Part shown: one piece after another, positions 49,617 through 60,869 of the stretch
Layout: the number at the start of each line of letters is the position of its first letter
How positions within the stretch are numbered: the stretch's first letter is position 1
DNA from: Vitrella brassicaformis CCMP3155
Lineage: Eukaryota; Protista; Chromerida
Length of the DNA: 64,000 nt
Assembly: GCA_001179505.1 (NCBI GenBank)
Contig: CDMY01000255.1
Span: 310,001-374,000 of the forward strand
Direction of reading: 5' to 3'
Notes under the pieces: generated by a model
Database searches by the model: none
Told to the model about the DNA's origin: nothing
The model's input: only the letters and a program-made list of their open reading frames with translations
Position numbers and translations under genes: made by a program

Positions 49617-52600
49617 CTATGACGAGGCTGCTTTTAGCAGCTGTGAGAGTCTGTTGTGCAGCCGCTCGACACACTCGAAAACCGGGTCCTCGCTTTTTTT
49701 CAGAATCCTTGTCAGCACCGCCTGAAACGTGACGTAACCTCATACCAACTTGTTCCGACAGCTACCAGTCTGAAAGCTACCTTAATCTTTGCGAGGATAT
49801 CGATGAAACTCTTGACTGAAGCCCAAGACTCCGAACCCAGGCCATTGTTTCGTAAGAGCGCTAGTTTCCCGTGCGTGTAGAAATCAAGAATCCAGCTGTT
49901 CAAAAGGACTTCATTCCGGGCAGCCGCTTCGTAGTCATGTGAGAGAACAGCGTCATCTTCAGCCAGCCCCTTCTCCGTCCCAAGGGGTAGTCGTAAGTGT
50001 GGTATCATGAGGATATCGATGAACACATCGCTCCTAGTCGAACAAATGATGTCTTGAATGCCCAGGAAAGCATCGCCAACGCCAGTGACAGCCATAAATG
50101 GTGATCGGGCACTGTACTTGATGACCTGTGAGAGACAGCAAAATCAACTCGTCGACTGGTCGGCTCCCTGTTTTCTCATCATCTGAACAGGTGTCGAGCT
50201 CGCCTGGTTTCCGAAGCACGTCGAGAAGCGCGACGAAACATGCTGGGAGTCTGTTTCGTTTCCCATTTGCTTCGTGGATAAAGGGAGTCGGAAGTCTTCG
50301 GGCCTGAAACTTCGCGTTGCACTGCTTGAGTGGATGCAGTTTTCGACTGTGGAGAAGACCTGCATGCCCGTGGTCGGTCCATTGTCGTTTCTTTCTTGTT
50401 GTTCTTGTTCGAATTTCTATACCTCGTCATTCAGTGCGGATATTTCGCTCAGAACAGGGTGTGGGACAGGCGGGAGGAAGGGACTCTTCGCACTGAACAT
50501 TTCCGACCTTCTCCGTGCTTCTGGTGCCGTGTTGGCATGGTATCTTGCCTATACAACAAACAAGGACACATTCCACACTCTTGTGACATATCCCTCACTT
50601 ACACTAGGAAGGAGCGTGCGTCTTTGGAAAAGAAGGGCAAGAACGAGCAACAGGGTACGGTCTTGCTCCTCCTCGATAGCGGGTGTGCTCTCTACTCGCT
50701 TCAAAAGCTGATGCAGTCGGCCTGAGGGAACCACGAACAAGTAAGCAAAGAGGGGCATCAGTCCGGCTTGGTCAAGGAACCTGAGAGGAGTAATCGGTTG
50801 AGAAAAAGGTTGCCGGGTTCTGTTTCGAAGATGTACGTCATGAGAGCTACATTCAAAGAAGGGAAAACGCAAGACGCAAAATAAGCTTCCATTCTGGCAC
50901 AGCCACCTACTCGCAAGTCCGATAGAGTCGCCCCCTTCGTTGACGAGAAAGCTCCTTCGAAGAAGCTCCATATGGAATCTGAGACGACAAACACGCGCCA
51001 CATCCAGATGCCGTCGGATTGAGTGAAGTACCTGAAGTGGTATCGGACGAGACTGCGGATTCGATCCTGCCACTCAGTAACCGCACAGCTTCTCTCCTCT
51101 TTTTTGGTCAATAGATGGTGCGCTTCCGCTTCATTGTTGCAGATAGAGAATAAGGGTTCCGTAAACATCCTGACCAGACCGTCGTCGACGCTGCGCAAGT
51201 AGTCGGGAAGGGTCTTTGGCTTTTCAACAAGAGTACGGAAATATCCCGAGTCGTCCTTCAGGAAATCAAAATCGCCCGAATCCTTCAGTCTGAGCACTTC
51301 ATGCAGCTGCAAGACTCGCAAGACTACACGAAAGCACACAGGAAAGTGATGCACAAGTCACGCGGAAGCAGTCAGTGCACTGGGTGTGCACCTTGAGACG
51401 GGCTTGCCGGGAAGGCACCACTCAGCGTGGACAGGGTGGAGGACATAAGTCGTTTCATCTGACGAGACACAAGATTCAGTGAACATCAAGTAGCAATAAC
51501 ATACACGGCACAACGTACCTTCGAGAAAGGAAAATCGAGAAATATCACGTGACCGAGTGCATCAAAGCCTCGACGACCTGCTCTCCCGCTCATCTTGTTT
51601 ACAAAAACAATAATGGACAAGACCACTGTCAAGTAGCGGATACCCTTCTTAGGAGCCTCTCACCTGGCGGAACATTAATGGTGTCAGCTCAAGAGAATCA
51701 CCAGAGAACGCCACACTTCGAGCCGGCCTGCGGTCACGCGAACACGGACAGTGGCAACACTGTTGATACGTGCTGTTTTTCTTCATCTCTTTCCTACATG
51801 TTGATCCCGAGTGCCAGGCTTCCAGTTGCGATTACAACACGAAGGTAGCCCATCCGAAAGAGAACCTCCACAGCCTGTTTGTATTTCTTGTTCAAACCCT
51901 CGTGATGCGCCCCGATTCCACGTCGAAGACCCTCTACGAAGAACGAGGGGACGCTGCTCATAGCGACGCGCTGAATCTGTTCCTCAATGTCTTCATTCCG
52001 CATGCCAAGGACCTTCCTGGAATCAAGGCATCTCTTGCGGCCTCCACGTCTATCGACCCGGTATTTTGTTTCATTACCTGTTGGCGAGGCTGAACTCCTC
52101 GTCGAACTCTTCTGCGACATCCTTTGGTGGCCCAAGGCCCGCTCCCAATGTCTCGTCGTATTCACCCTCCAAGCCCTGTTCGAGGCGCTGTTTTCGACCG
52201 ACATTCTTCATCTTTTCGTTCATTTCAAGTTGCTTGAGTTGGCTCTGGCACGCGCAAGCACACACACATCCAACTGGGATGGATAGTTTTGCCCCTTCGT
52301 CTTCACCTCGTATTTGTCACGTCTTCGCTTGTTTTCCATTTTTGTCATTTTGGTCCTTTCTTCGTCTCCATAGAACTTGTCGTGTTGCTGTTTGTGCAGA
52401 AATGTCACAAGCTTGGCAACCATCGCATGGATCTCGGTCCTGGAGAAGTTGAAGATGAGCACCGGGAGCAAATCAAACCCCTCCAGAGAACGAACGACAC
52501 CGAGAAGTTTCTAGAAATTCACAGGGCATGAGAGAGACGGGCATGAGAGAGACAGCCTTCTCCGTCCTTCATCAAAACTGTCTAACCTGAGGGTCAAGGT

Positions 52601-55600
52601 ATGTCTTTCGCCTCTCAACGGACCTCAAGATGTTAGGGAGCCGAGTAAGAGTGATATTGGTTGAGGCATCATCGATGTTTGGGCCAACGAGCCCGTTGTG
52701 GTGCACTGCAGGCGAGGCCTACGAAAAGCAGGAAATGGCGATGAGGTGTTTTTCCAGCCGCGTACCACTTTTGGTGCGTCACGCTCTTCTTCCTCATCCT
52801 CTTCCTCCGATTCATACTCCTCTAGACTCAGACGAATCAGTAACACGAATCACAATGTCCGCTGTTTGTCCAGCAGTTTTCTTACCATCTTCCTCGTTTG
52901 ACTGATGAGCGTCTGGAGTAACACATGGGAACATGTAGTTTGAATAGCAATTCCCTGATTCTGATACCTGCGGTGTCGTCATCTTCATTCGTGATCGCAG
53001 TTGTGCCGAAGCGGCAGGGCGCTGGGTCCATCAGGCGGCAGACGATGCCGTTGAAGACCTCTTCGCTAATAACGTTGTCCCGAATCAAGCGGACGAATTC
53101 GCGCTTTAGGCTGCTCATCCACCACCTGTAAAGACAACGTCCACAGCTGCGAAGGCAGAGGAAAGAAACCCATCGCCTCTGGTTGCAGCTGACCGAAATT
53201 GACGTTTTGTTACGGCACGAGTGCTTTTGAAGAAGAAATTTGGTTCGAGCCACCAAAGGCCCGAGGCAGGTGCAGTTTTCTCGAGTGCGCCGTGCAGCAA
53301 CTTGAAGAACATGAGCGCTTCTGGCGGCGACAGGTAGAAGTCTTGCGGGAGCCCTTCAGTCAAGACCTGCCAAACATCCATGGGCACTTCCTCGATAGAC
53401 GTTATAGTTTCTCCCATTCAGTACCTTTCCCCCATTCAGTACCTGGCGGAAGTGAAGGCATGCAATCGGGTTCAGCGGATACAAATTGCCGTCGAAATAA
53501 ACATACTTAAGCAGGTCGGAGTAGCTGAAAAAAAAAGAGTTCGCGCGCCCGCAACAAGCAGGTCGTACGTAGCCTACCTACCGTTCGTGATGAACAATCA
53601 TGCTGACGGGGGCTGCAGTGTGCGCGCGGGTCAACCACTCGTAAAAGGCCGTAGGATTGCCAACAGTAGCAGAAAGGGCAAGGAAAGGACATGGAATCAA
53701 TTGCAGCAAGTGTTCCCAGGAGCTTCCTCCTTGTTCCTGTGAATAGAAATGAAGTACGCGACCTGTAGTGGACACGACGAAAGCGGCTGACCTGGTTTCC
53801 GATGCAATGCACTTCGTCAAAGATCACGTATCTCAATCTGTTGATCCATTTCCGCTCCTCCGGCGACATCAATATCAGTTCTAGAACTGAAGGCACAGTT
53901 ACAAGCACCTGGCAGTCCAGCGGCCGATTGTGGTACTCCTCTGTCCAGGTGCCAGAAAGCACCGTCTTCGAGAAAGCCGGATACTGCTTAGAGGAGAACC
54001 TCGCATAGATCTCTGCATCCACTTGATTCACGAGGGCTTTTGAAGGTGCAACATATGCGATGACGGACTCGCTGTCGGCTCGCAGGACTGGGAACAAAGT
54101 GGAAAAGAAATCCCGGTTGAGCACGTGCCTCCTTCCGTCGTATTCACTGCAGTCACGCACCTTTCTCCATCGCGTAGTAGCAAATGAAGGTCTTGCCCGA
54201 TGCAGTTGGTGCGCAAACGAGTGCGGATTCATTCTATGCAAACGAACAAAATATGATGAACGTGACAAAATATGATGAACGTGACTTACAACAAAAAGAT
54301 AAAGCGTTCTGTGCCATACCGCGCACCTTGTCCACGATATCGAGAAGCCTTTTCTGCCAAGCATCTGGCTTAAAATTGACTCTCTTGTCTGAAGTCGCGC
54401 CCGTTGTGCGCTCGAGGTCTCCTCCCATGAACTTCAGCTGGAAGTCAATCTCGGCATCAGTCGGCACCTGATAATGCGCTGCCTGGTGAATGCATATCGA
54501 TCCTTCTGTTACTGTTCTAACCTTGAAATGAATGACCTCCTTGGCCCGTTTGACCCTGAACTGATCGAGATCGACGCTCTGACTCTACCACAGCACAACA
54601 GAACTCTGCATCGCATGTGGTCACGTTTTTCTTTTGTTGGCTATCCTACGGGGGTTGCTGCAGTCGCCGAGTGAGCCTCTGTGGCCTTTCCCGTCTTCTT
54701 TTCTTTCTGCTTTGGGACTTTGCCTTTCTTTTCTTGACGCTTGCCGTCTTTCTCGCCCTTCAAGGGTGGGGCTGCCGCCTGCTTGTTTCTCTTCCACGCC
54801 TGGAAGAAAGCAACACTGAACAAACTTCGACATCTATCCTTCATTCTTTCCAGTTACGAGAAAAAGGTGCTTGGCGCTATCTCGCATTCCAAGGGAGAGG
54901 AGAATCTCCTGAAGTGTAGAGACGTCCTTGCCGTCGATGACGTCTACAGGAAAAAATTGCGCAAGATTGTTGTCTTGGCGCCAATGCATAACGTATCATA
55001 CCAATGTATGCGTTGAAGATGTCGTGAACCAAACGAAAGAGCAGACATACTGCTCGTCTTACACCGCTTCGCTTGGAGGGCGTCGTGATGTTGCTTGGCC
55101 TCATCTGATGGAGTGAGCTGCAGGAGCACTTTGCTATCTTGATCAGCACCTTCATCTGAGACTCGGGGAGTTTCAAGAGGTTCGTTATGGCCGGGAAATC
55201 GTTGAACGCGTCCATGACACGATAGTATCCCGCCGTTTGATTGAGCAAACTAGTGCAAAAGACATCGGGGTCCGTGATGGACCCGAGCTTTTCCACCTGA
55301 AGCAGGACAGGTAAGGCTGCCTGAGATTCCAGGAATCTAGAACTTACAGCGGCGTCGATCTCCTTGATCTGCACCGAGTCCGCAGCTTTCATTTTTTCTC
55401 GTTGAGCCTGAACTACAGAAGCACCTTTTACAACTCCAAATGTTGCCAAGAGCTGCTTCCTTCTTGCCTGTTCTGTCCTTTCAAGGATCTCCTTTGCCTT
55501 TGAACTCATTTTGGGCTTCTTTTTCTCGTCGTCGTCTTCCGGCTTACTTCCTGTTATCCAGCTACAGTACATTCAATTAATCGGCCATCGCTTCCGGTCT

Positions 55601-58356
55601 CTCGTACCCTCTTTTCGTTGCACGATCGGGTGGTGAAGCTTGTCAGCTCCCGTGAGGGATTTTGCGTATGCATGCAGCGTGGTTTTTCCTCTTTGCTCCC
55701 TGACAGGATAGGATACGAGGGGTTGACCCATTCTTTCAGGTATCGAAGGAAGAGGGACCTTTTGAGCTTGAATTTCATCAACGCTTGCCTCCGCTCAGCA
55801 TCTGCACCCACATATGGCATGGACAGGCGCACGTCATCCACCCATGTGCTTGTCTTTGTGCGGCTGCCTGCCTGCAGCCTGCCTGATTTCAGCTTCGACA
55901 TCTTCTTCTTCAGCCACTCGGGAAGTTCCTCCTCTTTTTCAGCGTCCTCGCGGAGGATCTGGTGACCGATATGCGAATGAAGCGCACCCCTAATTGCGAC
56001 CTTTCACTTCGTACTTCGTATATTGGGTCGACGATGTTCGGCTCAGGTTGCCAGTCTTCATCTCGGAAGAGAGGTTGCTGTGCAGCAGAGGAAATGACAT
56101 GCTGCGTTCGTTCATTTGTGTCTTGTAGTACCTCGGCTACATCAAGAGCACTGTCTTCGATTTCAAGCGTCCCCGGAAGCTGATTTGACACCAGGAAGCC
56201 TTCGAGAAATGTCGAACGCATGGCAAGGATGGCCTGACTTCCGCCAGCTGTCGATGGAGGGGGAGGGAGTGAGGGAATGGAAGCCAAAGGGAGGACCTTC
56301 GCCAACGGTCGGAGGTCGAGGGGGAAGAAGCTCGCCGAGAAGCCCAATCTCTTCGTTCTCTCCACAGACATCATCATTTGCCATGCCCAGTCGAGCAAGG
56401 ACACCTCGGAGCCGGACATGCCGAAGAATGACGAGTCGATGCACCTGCAGACAACCCATCTATGTGCAACAACACATCAACGACGACCCCCTTACCAGTC
56501 TTGCGTGTGTGTGTCCTCTGAGACACGCTGCGCGATCACCACCATGGTCGTTCGGAAGAGGCGGCTATCAAAATAGTCACACACCTGTACAGCAGAGGCA
56601 GAGCACCGCGCGCTTTCTCGTGGTGATTCATGCCTTCCTTACGTCAGACACCGCTGATAGAAGGTGGTCATGTGCGGCTTCCCGTCCAGTCTGTCGCCTT
56701 TCGATGGCCGTGAACATTGAGGAGATCTGAACAGGCAAACCTGATATCGTTGACAGGCACTGGGGTAAGGGGTCCGTTCCGTACCTCCGACAGCCGTTTC
56801 GTCGTTGCCTCGAAGAAAGTCGACAACAGAGTGTCCTCTATGTCTTCGTAGAATCTCCAGTCCGACTTGGTGCAGGTGCTGTGGCATCTGCATGGCCACA
56901 ACCGCGCAGCGCATCCATTCGCATGTGCTGGTTTCGTTTCGTTGTGCCACCTACCTCATTTGGAGAGGCATTGACTGGAGGAGCCAGTCGTGGAGCAGGA
57001 GAAGCTTTCCAATTATCGCAGTGAGGTAGCGAAGTCCTTGTTGCCCCAGAACAGTCAGAAGCGATTCTTCCTCGTCATCATCCTCATCCCCTTGCCCGCT
57101 CTCGGAAGTAGCTTCTTCTGCATCGTCATCGTCACCGAGCAACTCCCTCAGCCAGTCGACGGCGAGAAAGCTCCGCAGGCCAGGGCGAAAGCGGGAGGCC
57201 TCCGTTGTATTTGAAGGAAAAGACTGACCCAGCTCTTGGAAGAACTGATGCAGCAGCCGAGGGGCTGTCTCCTCCGCCCCGCCACCATTGAGCGAGTCGA
57301 CGCCTGCCCCGTGAGCCGTTTCTTCCTCTTCGTCGTCAGCAGAGCCGCTCTCAAGCCGCCTCTTTGTTGCCTCGACATAGCGTGGAAGGAAGGACTGGAG
57401 GTTGTTGTTGAGGACAGGGTGACCGAAGTCAACTGGAAGGGTGTGGGCCACCACTCTTCTCCCTTGCCGCTCGATGTCATAAAACAGCGCCACCGACGTG
57501 CCTTGGGTGAGGCATGCAACAAGGAAGCCCCATGGAATCAGGAACGGGCACGGTTGGTCCTCAGGGAAGGAGGATGCGGTGAGAGGGGTGTTGGGAGGGG
57601 GAGGGTTGCCCACATAGGGGTCGTCGCCGGATAAGACGAATGCGGGGTGCCAGTCATTGATGTACCGATGCCAGTCCTCGCCATACCAGTCGTAGAATAC
57701 CAGAGGCTCCAGCTGGTATCGACGACAGTGCAGCAGCACAGCCTGCCGCAAGCACCACAGCGCCAGGTGATCGCAGAAGTGCCACTCGAAGATGTCAAAA
57801 AACACCAGCCGGAAGACGCACCCACACTCCTTCAGGTTCGCAAGGAACCTCTCGAACTGATATATCACCACCAATGGCTGGATCTCCCAGAGTGACTGAT
57901 AACTGCGGCACCAGATGCTCCGCAGCAGGTGCACCAGCAGAGCTTCGCCATGGACGAGGAACAGGTTCGTGCCCCCCAGCTCGCTGACTATGTCGGCCTT
58001 CTTCCCACTGGGCCACAGCCCCCGATGCCTGCCGACATTGATTGCACACAGCATGCATACAAACACAACCGCGCCGGTAGCAGGTCTGTGACAGTACCGC
58101 AGGAGAGAGAGGGGGACCGGTTCGCCAGCGGGAATCGACAGGCTGTTGACATACACACAGATGACACACGTCAATGATACAACACAGGAGGAGAGCGCTG
58201 TAGGTAGGTGTGCGTAGGTGATGTGTGTGTGCTGTACAGGGTTGAAGCAGAGGTCTCAACGATCTCTTCCTCGACGAATGCTTCCTCTGCTTCGAGAAAT
58301 GCGTCCTCTGGGGCAAAGTCAATGTCGATATCGACCTCTGGTATGTCCTCGTCCAT
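49617..58356 (-). CDS. DDX60-like Ski2-superfamily DExH RNA helicase with N-terminal PIN-like domain, multi-exon
   Basis: N-terminal [10 protein letters not shown]...FERFLANL...FRLVFF, then [16 protein letters not shown]|...[81 protein letters not shown] and [12 protein letters not shown]...[25 protein letters not shown]. This closely follows remembered DDX60 motifs. Confidence 0.88.
54246..54283. repeat. 19-bp perfect tandem duplication (ACAAAATATGATGAACGTG x2) in a DDX60-like intron
   Basis: Directly visible in the sequence. Confidence 0.9.
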
Positions 58357-58586
58357 TCTTATGCCTTCCGAAGCGCCCAAGCGGCTGATCCGGCCAACCA
58401 ACGAATGCACTCACCTCACGCTACACGAGCTGAGAAGAGCAATCAAATTGGGATGAATGTGCCGCTGCACTGATCTGCAGGCTGCGGATGATGGACGAAC
58501 TGAAGGAAATGTCTTGAGATGAATTTACAGTGAGTCCGCACCCCTCTATCCCCTCTATGCGCATCTTTGCTCTGCGCCAATCCGCA

Positions 58587-60675
58587 TCATACCCCTCCTC
58601 TCGACCGAGGACACTCGTTTGAGGCCTGCCGCTCACCCCCCCGCACTAAGAAAACAATTCCTCTTCTGTCCGTCCTCATGCAGCCGTCGGTAGACGTCGC
58701 CGTACCTGCAGACAAAAGGGAGGGGAACAGCTCCAGGGGTCAGGCTGTACGGTACGGTACGCCAGTGTCAACTGACGCCTCCTCGTGCCGTACGTACTTG
58801 ACTTGGAAGTCACTCCTGCCGGCTCGCAGCGCAGCCTCATCCTGGCCGTATTCAAGCAGCCACAAACGGACAGCACGACTGTTGCTTGCATGTGTGTGTC
58901 GGCTTAAGATGGCTAGCTTACGAAGTATGCGACGGGTCGTGAGCTGCACATCATGTGATGGACGAGGCGAACCGGATGGTTCAGACAGTAGCACAGGAAC
59001 CCACACGCAGCGGCAACAGAGCGGCCCACACCCGCTGAAAGCAAAACGCCATAAAAAGGCAATAATATGGTGGTACTTGACGACAGAGCACTCTCACCGT
59101 TGCAGTGCACGTAAACAGCGTGGCCATTCTGGATGAGTGCCCCTAGTATGAATGCCGCCTGAGAGTAGGAAGGTCATCACGTTCACACCCAATCTATCTC
59201 ATCCGTGTGATGGGGAGTCGGTGGGCCAGTGAGCGAATGAGCCAGGCCACCTACCTGCGGCAACATGTTCGCTCTGTCTTGTGTCGACATGTCAGTGGTG
59301 GGAATCCACACATAGGCAAGTGAGTACTCCTTGAAGAGATCATAAATCACCTGCGGCGTCCTGCAACGCAGCAAGGTCGGCACTTATCAGTCAATCAGAT
59401 CAACAAGCGCTCTTTCAAGCGGGCGTGGAGGCGTCGAGAAGGTGGGAGGCCCGTGGAGTGCACTTGAGTGGCGTACCTCTTGTCCCACTCAGGAAAGTGC
59501 TCAGGGTCGGGGAAGTTGTTCTTGGCGTCTGATGTGATTGATAGGGCCGTCAGTCAGCACAAACAAGGGTTGACATCCATTCCGTCCTCGCCGTCCAGCT
59601 GTTCGAGTGGCTTGCCTGCCGGCCTACCTTCATGGGTCTGAAAGTTGAGCAGGCAGGTGACTTTCAGCTCATCTCGTAGCTTCTCGATATGCCGGCGGCT
59701 TCGAGGGCAGCTGCCTACCCACAGGTTATCACTCACACGATTGTAGTGCATGTCATTTCTCTCCTGCACGCAACGACACCCACACACCACACATCTGTCC
59801 TCTCCCTCTCCATGTGAGCGCGTGTGTTTTGTGTGTGTGTTTTGTGTGTGTGTGTGTGTGTCCATTACCTTGACACTGTTGTAGAACCTCGTTGTGTGAC
59901 TGTATTCGCTCATGCCCTGACTTTCCATGAAGTGGGTCGGCGGCAGCAGGAAAACACCATCAAAAACCTTCACATCTGCACACACACGAGCAGGCCCGGC
60001 CCGCCCGGGCACAAGGGCAATCGAATACATACATGTGCAGCACGCACTCATTGCAGCCAGCCATGTACCTGTCCGCTTCTTTTTCCTCGTACCTTGTTCA
60101 CTTGCTGGCGTGGACAGCATCTCCTTGCCATCCCATTTCCGGTTGTCATGGCTCCCATAGCCCTCCCACTCCCAATTGGCGCCTGGTGACAGACAGACAG
60201 ACAGACACCGAATGGCACACTCTATCCGTCAGTCAGTCCGTGTTTGGTGGCTACTTGGATTTGTTTTGCGCACGAACTTGTACTCGAAGGGTACGCTTAG
60301 GTCGTCGACGGCGATATCAGCAGACCAGAACGACGGCTCCATGCTCTTGGGAGGCGACGATGGCGACATGGACGGACACTCCGACACCTTCCAGCTGCAC
60401 TTGCGGCCCGGACGGGGGGATTCCAACACAGCACATGTTTCACCACATGACGGTCATACATACGGCATCATTGCCGCCTCATGCAATGCATGTCGTCGTC
60501 GTGCATAATCGCTCACCTGCCAAGCTCAGGCAGCGACCCCACAACCGCAATCGAAGTCCCTGCTCTCAACCACAGACAGATGACAGACACCATGGGCAAT
60601 CAGCAGTGCATGCATCCATATCCATCAGATCTGACCTGGAGGGACAAAGGATATGACACTGAACCTGACCTTCAT
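58587..60675 (-). CDS. EPM2A: Laforin-type glucan phosphatase (CBM20 + dual-specificity phosphatase)
   Basis: MKVRFSV...VVGSLPELG|SW...PFEYKFV...WEWEG...DNR (CBM20), MHYNRVSDNLWVGSCPR, LAYVWIPTTDMST..RANMLPQ, catalytic HCN|AGVGRS and |DEAALRAGRSDF. Confidence 0.93.
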
Positions 60676-60813
60676 TGACTTTCTCCTCAGTGAGCACTGG
60701 ACCGAATAGAGATCTGCACACAACAAATCAATAACACAAGTGAGAATTTCAATGCAAACACGTGCAGCAGACGGTTTGGTGTGCTGCTTACCTTGCCTTC
60801 CGCTGTTGCAAAA

Positions 60814-60822
60814 GAGCTCGCA
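60814..60822 (+). promoter_or_regulatory. Candidate promoter element GAGCTCGCA between laforin and PRORP
   Basis: gagctcgca in the 194-bp divergent gap. Confidence 0.45.
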
Positions 60823-60869
60823 CATCTGCAAGCTTGCCTCGCAGCGAGATCTTCATCGCCGTTGTGAAT

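Noticed and set aside
46200-56450. Horizontal transfer or contaminant as the cause of the low-GC island
   Set aside because: The island holds core eukaryotic intron-containing genes, and the composition changes within one gene model. No integrase or terminal repeats are visible.
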